From Chloroflexota bacterium (GTDB taxonomy: Bacteria; Chloroflexota; Dehalococcoidia; Dehalococcoidales; UBA2162): DNA of 64,000 nucleotides. The translations under genes were made by a program, and so were the position numbers. The stretch lies in assembly GCA_043804635.1 (NCBI GenBank), contig JAZDIU010000056.1, positions 6,376 to 70,375 of the forward strand, in the 5' to 3' direction. Position 1 is the first letter of the stretch; each line of letters opens with the position of its first letter. Below the pieces are notes generated by a model. The model was not told the DNA's origin and did not search any database. It saw only the letters and a program-made list of their open reading frames with translations. This document shows positions 62,974 to 64,000 of the stretch, piece after piece.

Positions 62974-64000
62974 ATGAAGAGTCCCGACGGAAATCTTGAT
63001 TATCTATTCCACCCTCGCTCCGTCGCTCTGGTGGGTATAACCACTGCCAATCCGCGACACTGGACCCGTAGTTTCCTGGAAGGCTACCTAGAGTTTGAAT
63101 TTGCATCTCGGGGAGCTCTTTATCTCGTCAATCCTAAAGGCGGCACCGTAGAAGGCTGCCACGTATATCCTTCTCTAAAGGATATCCCGGATACCGTGGA
63201 CTTCGTTATCGGGCTGGTACCGGCCCGCGTTGGACCCAGCCTCGTAGAGGAGGCTGCCGGCAAGGGCGCCAGGGCAGTACACTTCTGTACCGCCGGATTC
63301 AGTGAGATTGCTGAGGTGGAGGGTGCCAGGCTACAGGCAGAAATGCTCCGCGTTGCCCGCGACCGAAATGTCAGGATTATCGGACCGAACTGCCTAGGCA
63401 TATACTGCCCCGAATCACGAATGTCATTCAGCGCCCTTTTCCCACGGGAAAGCGGCGAGGTCGCTTTCATCAGCCAGAGTGGTGGCAACTCCAACTACCT
63501 TATCAGGGAGGCTGCACTGCGAGGCATCAGGTTCTCAAAAGTGATCAGCATCGGCAATGCGTGCGACCTGAACGAGAGCGATTTTCTAGAATATTTAGCT
63601 AGCGATCCAAAGACAAAAACAATAGCCATGTACGTCGAGGGAGTGAAGGATGGCGGACGCTTTCGCCGTGCCCTGGAGATGGCAGCAAAAGAGAAAACGC
63701 TGGTACTACTTAAAGGTGGGACTACCGAAGCCGGAACGCGGGCGGTGATGGGCCACACAGCATCCCTGGCAGGAAGTGCAGCGGTATGGGAATCACTATG
63801 CCGGCAAATCGGGATCATTCAGGTGCAAAACCTCGACAGCATGGTGGACGTACTGGTCACGCTTTCACTCATGGCCCTACCAGAGGGGCGGCGGGCGCTT
63901 TTGATCGGTGGCGGCGGAGGCGCTAGCGTCATCGTTGCTGACGAATTTGAGAGACGGAGACTTAAATTGCCAAAGTTGCCGCAGTCGGTCATCAAAGAAT
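62974..64000 (+). CDS. ADP-forming acyl-CoA (acetyl-CoA) synthetase, CoA-binding/alpha portion (partial; continues beyond the window)
   Basis: Open-ended frame not in the ORF track: MKSPDGNLDYLFHPRSVALVGIT ... IIGPNCLGIY ... FISQSGGN ... MGHTASLAGS (phospho-His loop). The minus-strand track ORFs 63120..63818 are its antisense shadows. Confidence 0.85.
   Translation, partial: MKSPDGNLDYLFHPRSVALVGITTANPRHWTRSFLEGYLEFEFASRGALYLVNPKGGTVEGCHVYPSLKDIPDTVDFVIGLVPARVGPSLVEEAAGKGARAVHFCTAGFSEIAEVEGARLQAEMLRVARDRNVRIIGPNCLGIYCPESRMSFSALFPRESGEVAFISQSGGNSNYLIREAALRGIRFSKVISIGNACDLNESDFLEYLASDPKTKTIAMYVEGVKDGGRFRRALEMAAKEKTLVLLKGGTTEAGTRAVMGHTASLAGSAAVWESLCRQIGIIQVQNLDSMVDVLVTLSLMALPEGRRALLIGGGGGASVIVADEFERRRLKLPKLPQSVIKE

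Noticed and set aside
63120-63818. Two minus-strand ORFs (124 and 107 aa).
   Set aside because: They are antisense shadows of the open-ended plus-strand acyl-CoA synthetase gene, which shows clear family motifs.
1-64000. Search for transposases, integrases, phage genes, toxin-antitoxin pairs, restriction-modification or other known defence systems, rRNA, and CRISPR arrays.
   Set aside because: No ORF showed the corresponding motifs (DDE, tyrosine or serine recombinase, Cas, methyltransferase and others), and no regularly spaced short repeats were seen.

Overview
The window is a densely coded, gene-rich chromosomal segment with moderate GC by eye. I saw no transposase, integrase, rRNA or CRISPR array. 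Gene content and protein sequences look like an anaerobic Chloroflexota or Dehalococcoidia-like genome, but that is inference only. From left to right it contains: (1) a c-di-GMP/two-component signalling cluster (three receiver proteins, one with HD-GYP, a PAS/GAF histidine kinase and a GAF-GGDEF cyclase); (2) a complete minus-strand type IV pilus operon (pilB, pilC, two pilins, a PilX-like protein, a PilO-like/thioredoxin-fold fusion, a PilM-PilN fusion, pilT); (3) a membrane protein / V4R protein / receiver-HD-GYP operon; (4) housekeeping genes rpsT, rel, ybeY and rnc; (5) a self-contained selenium island, with a Tat-exported FdnGHI-type formate dehydrogenase carrying an in-frame UGA plus SECIS hairpin, then fdhE, tatA, tatC, tRNA-Sec, selB, selA and a selD that itself contains UGA; (6) acpP-nusB-fabG-fabD-rpmF-yceD; (7) a TPP riboswitch plus thiC; (8) tmk, surE, glmS, two GlmU-like genes and glmM; (9) a zinc-ribbon / 2x RRM / DEAD-box RNA module; (10) lepA-hemW. 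The most unusual signals are these. A ~39-nt element (CCAC-N13-CAGGTGGAGTTCGACTCT) occurs four times in the same orientation in front of four consecutive plus-strand transcription units at 57.4-62.9 kb (rhodanese, DUF362, MetE-like methyltransferase plus a 2x CQLGCF protein, ADP-forming acyl-CoA synthetase). An eRF1/Vms1-like protein with GGS in place of GGQ is translationally coupled to a 50-aa stand-alone sigma-70 region-4 ORF. A PilO-like protein is fused to a TlpA-like fold that has lost its CxxC. An internally triplicated membrane protein sits between selB and selA. hemW has no canonical start codon. A surface lipoprotein gene is frameshifted.
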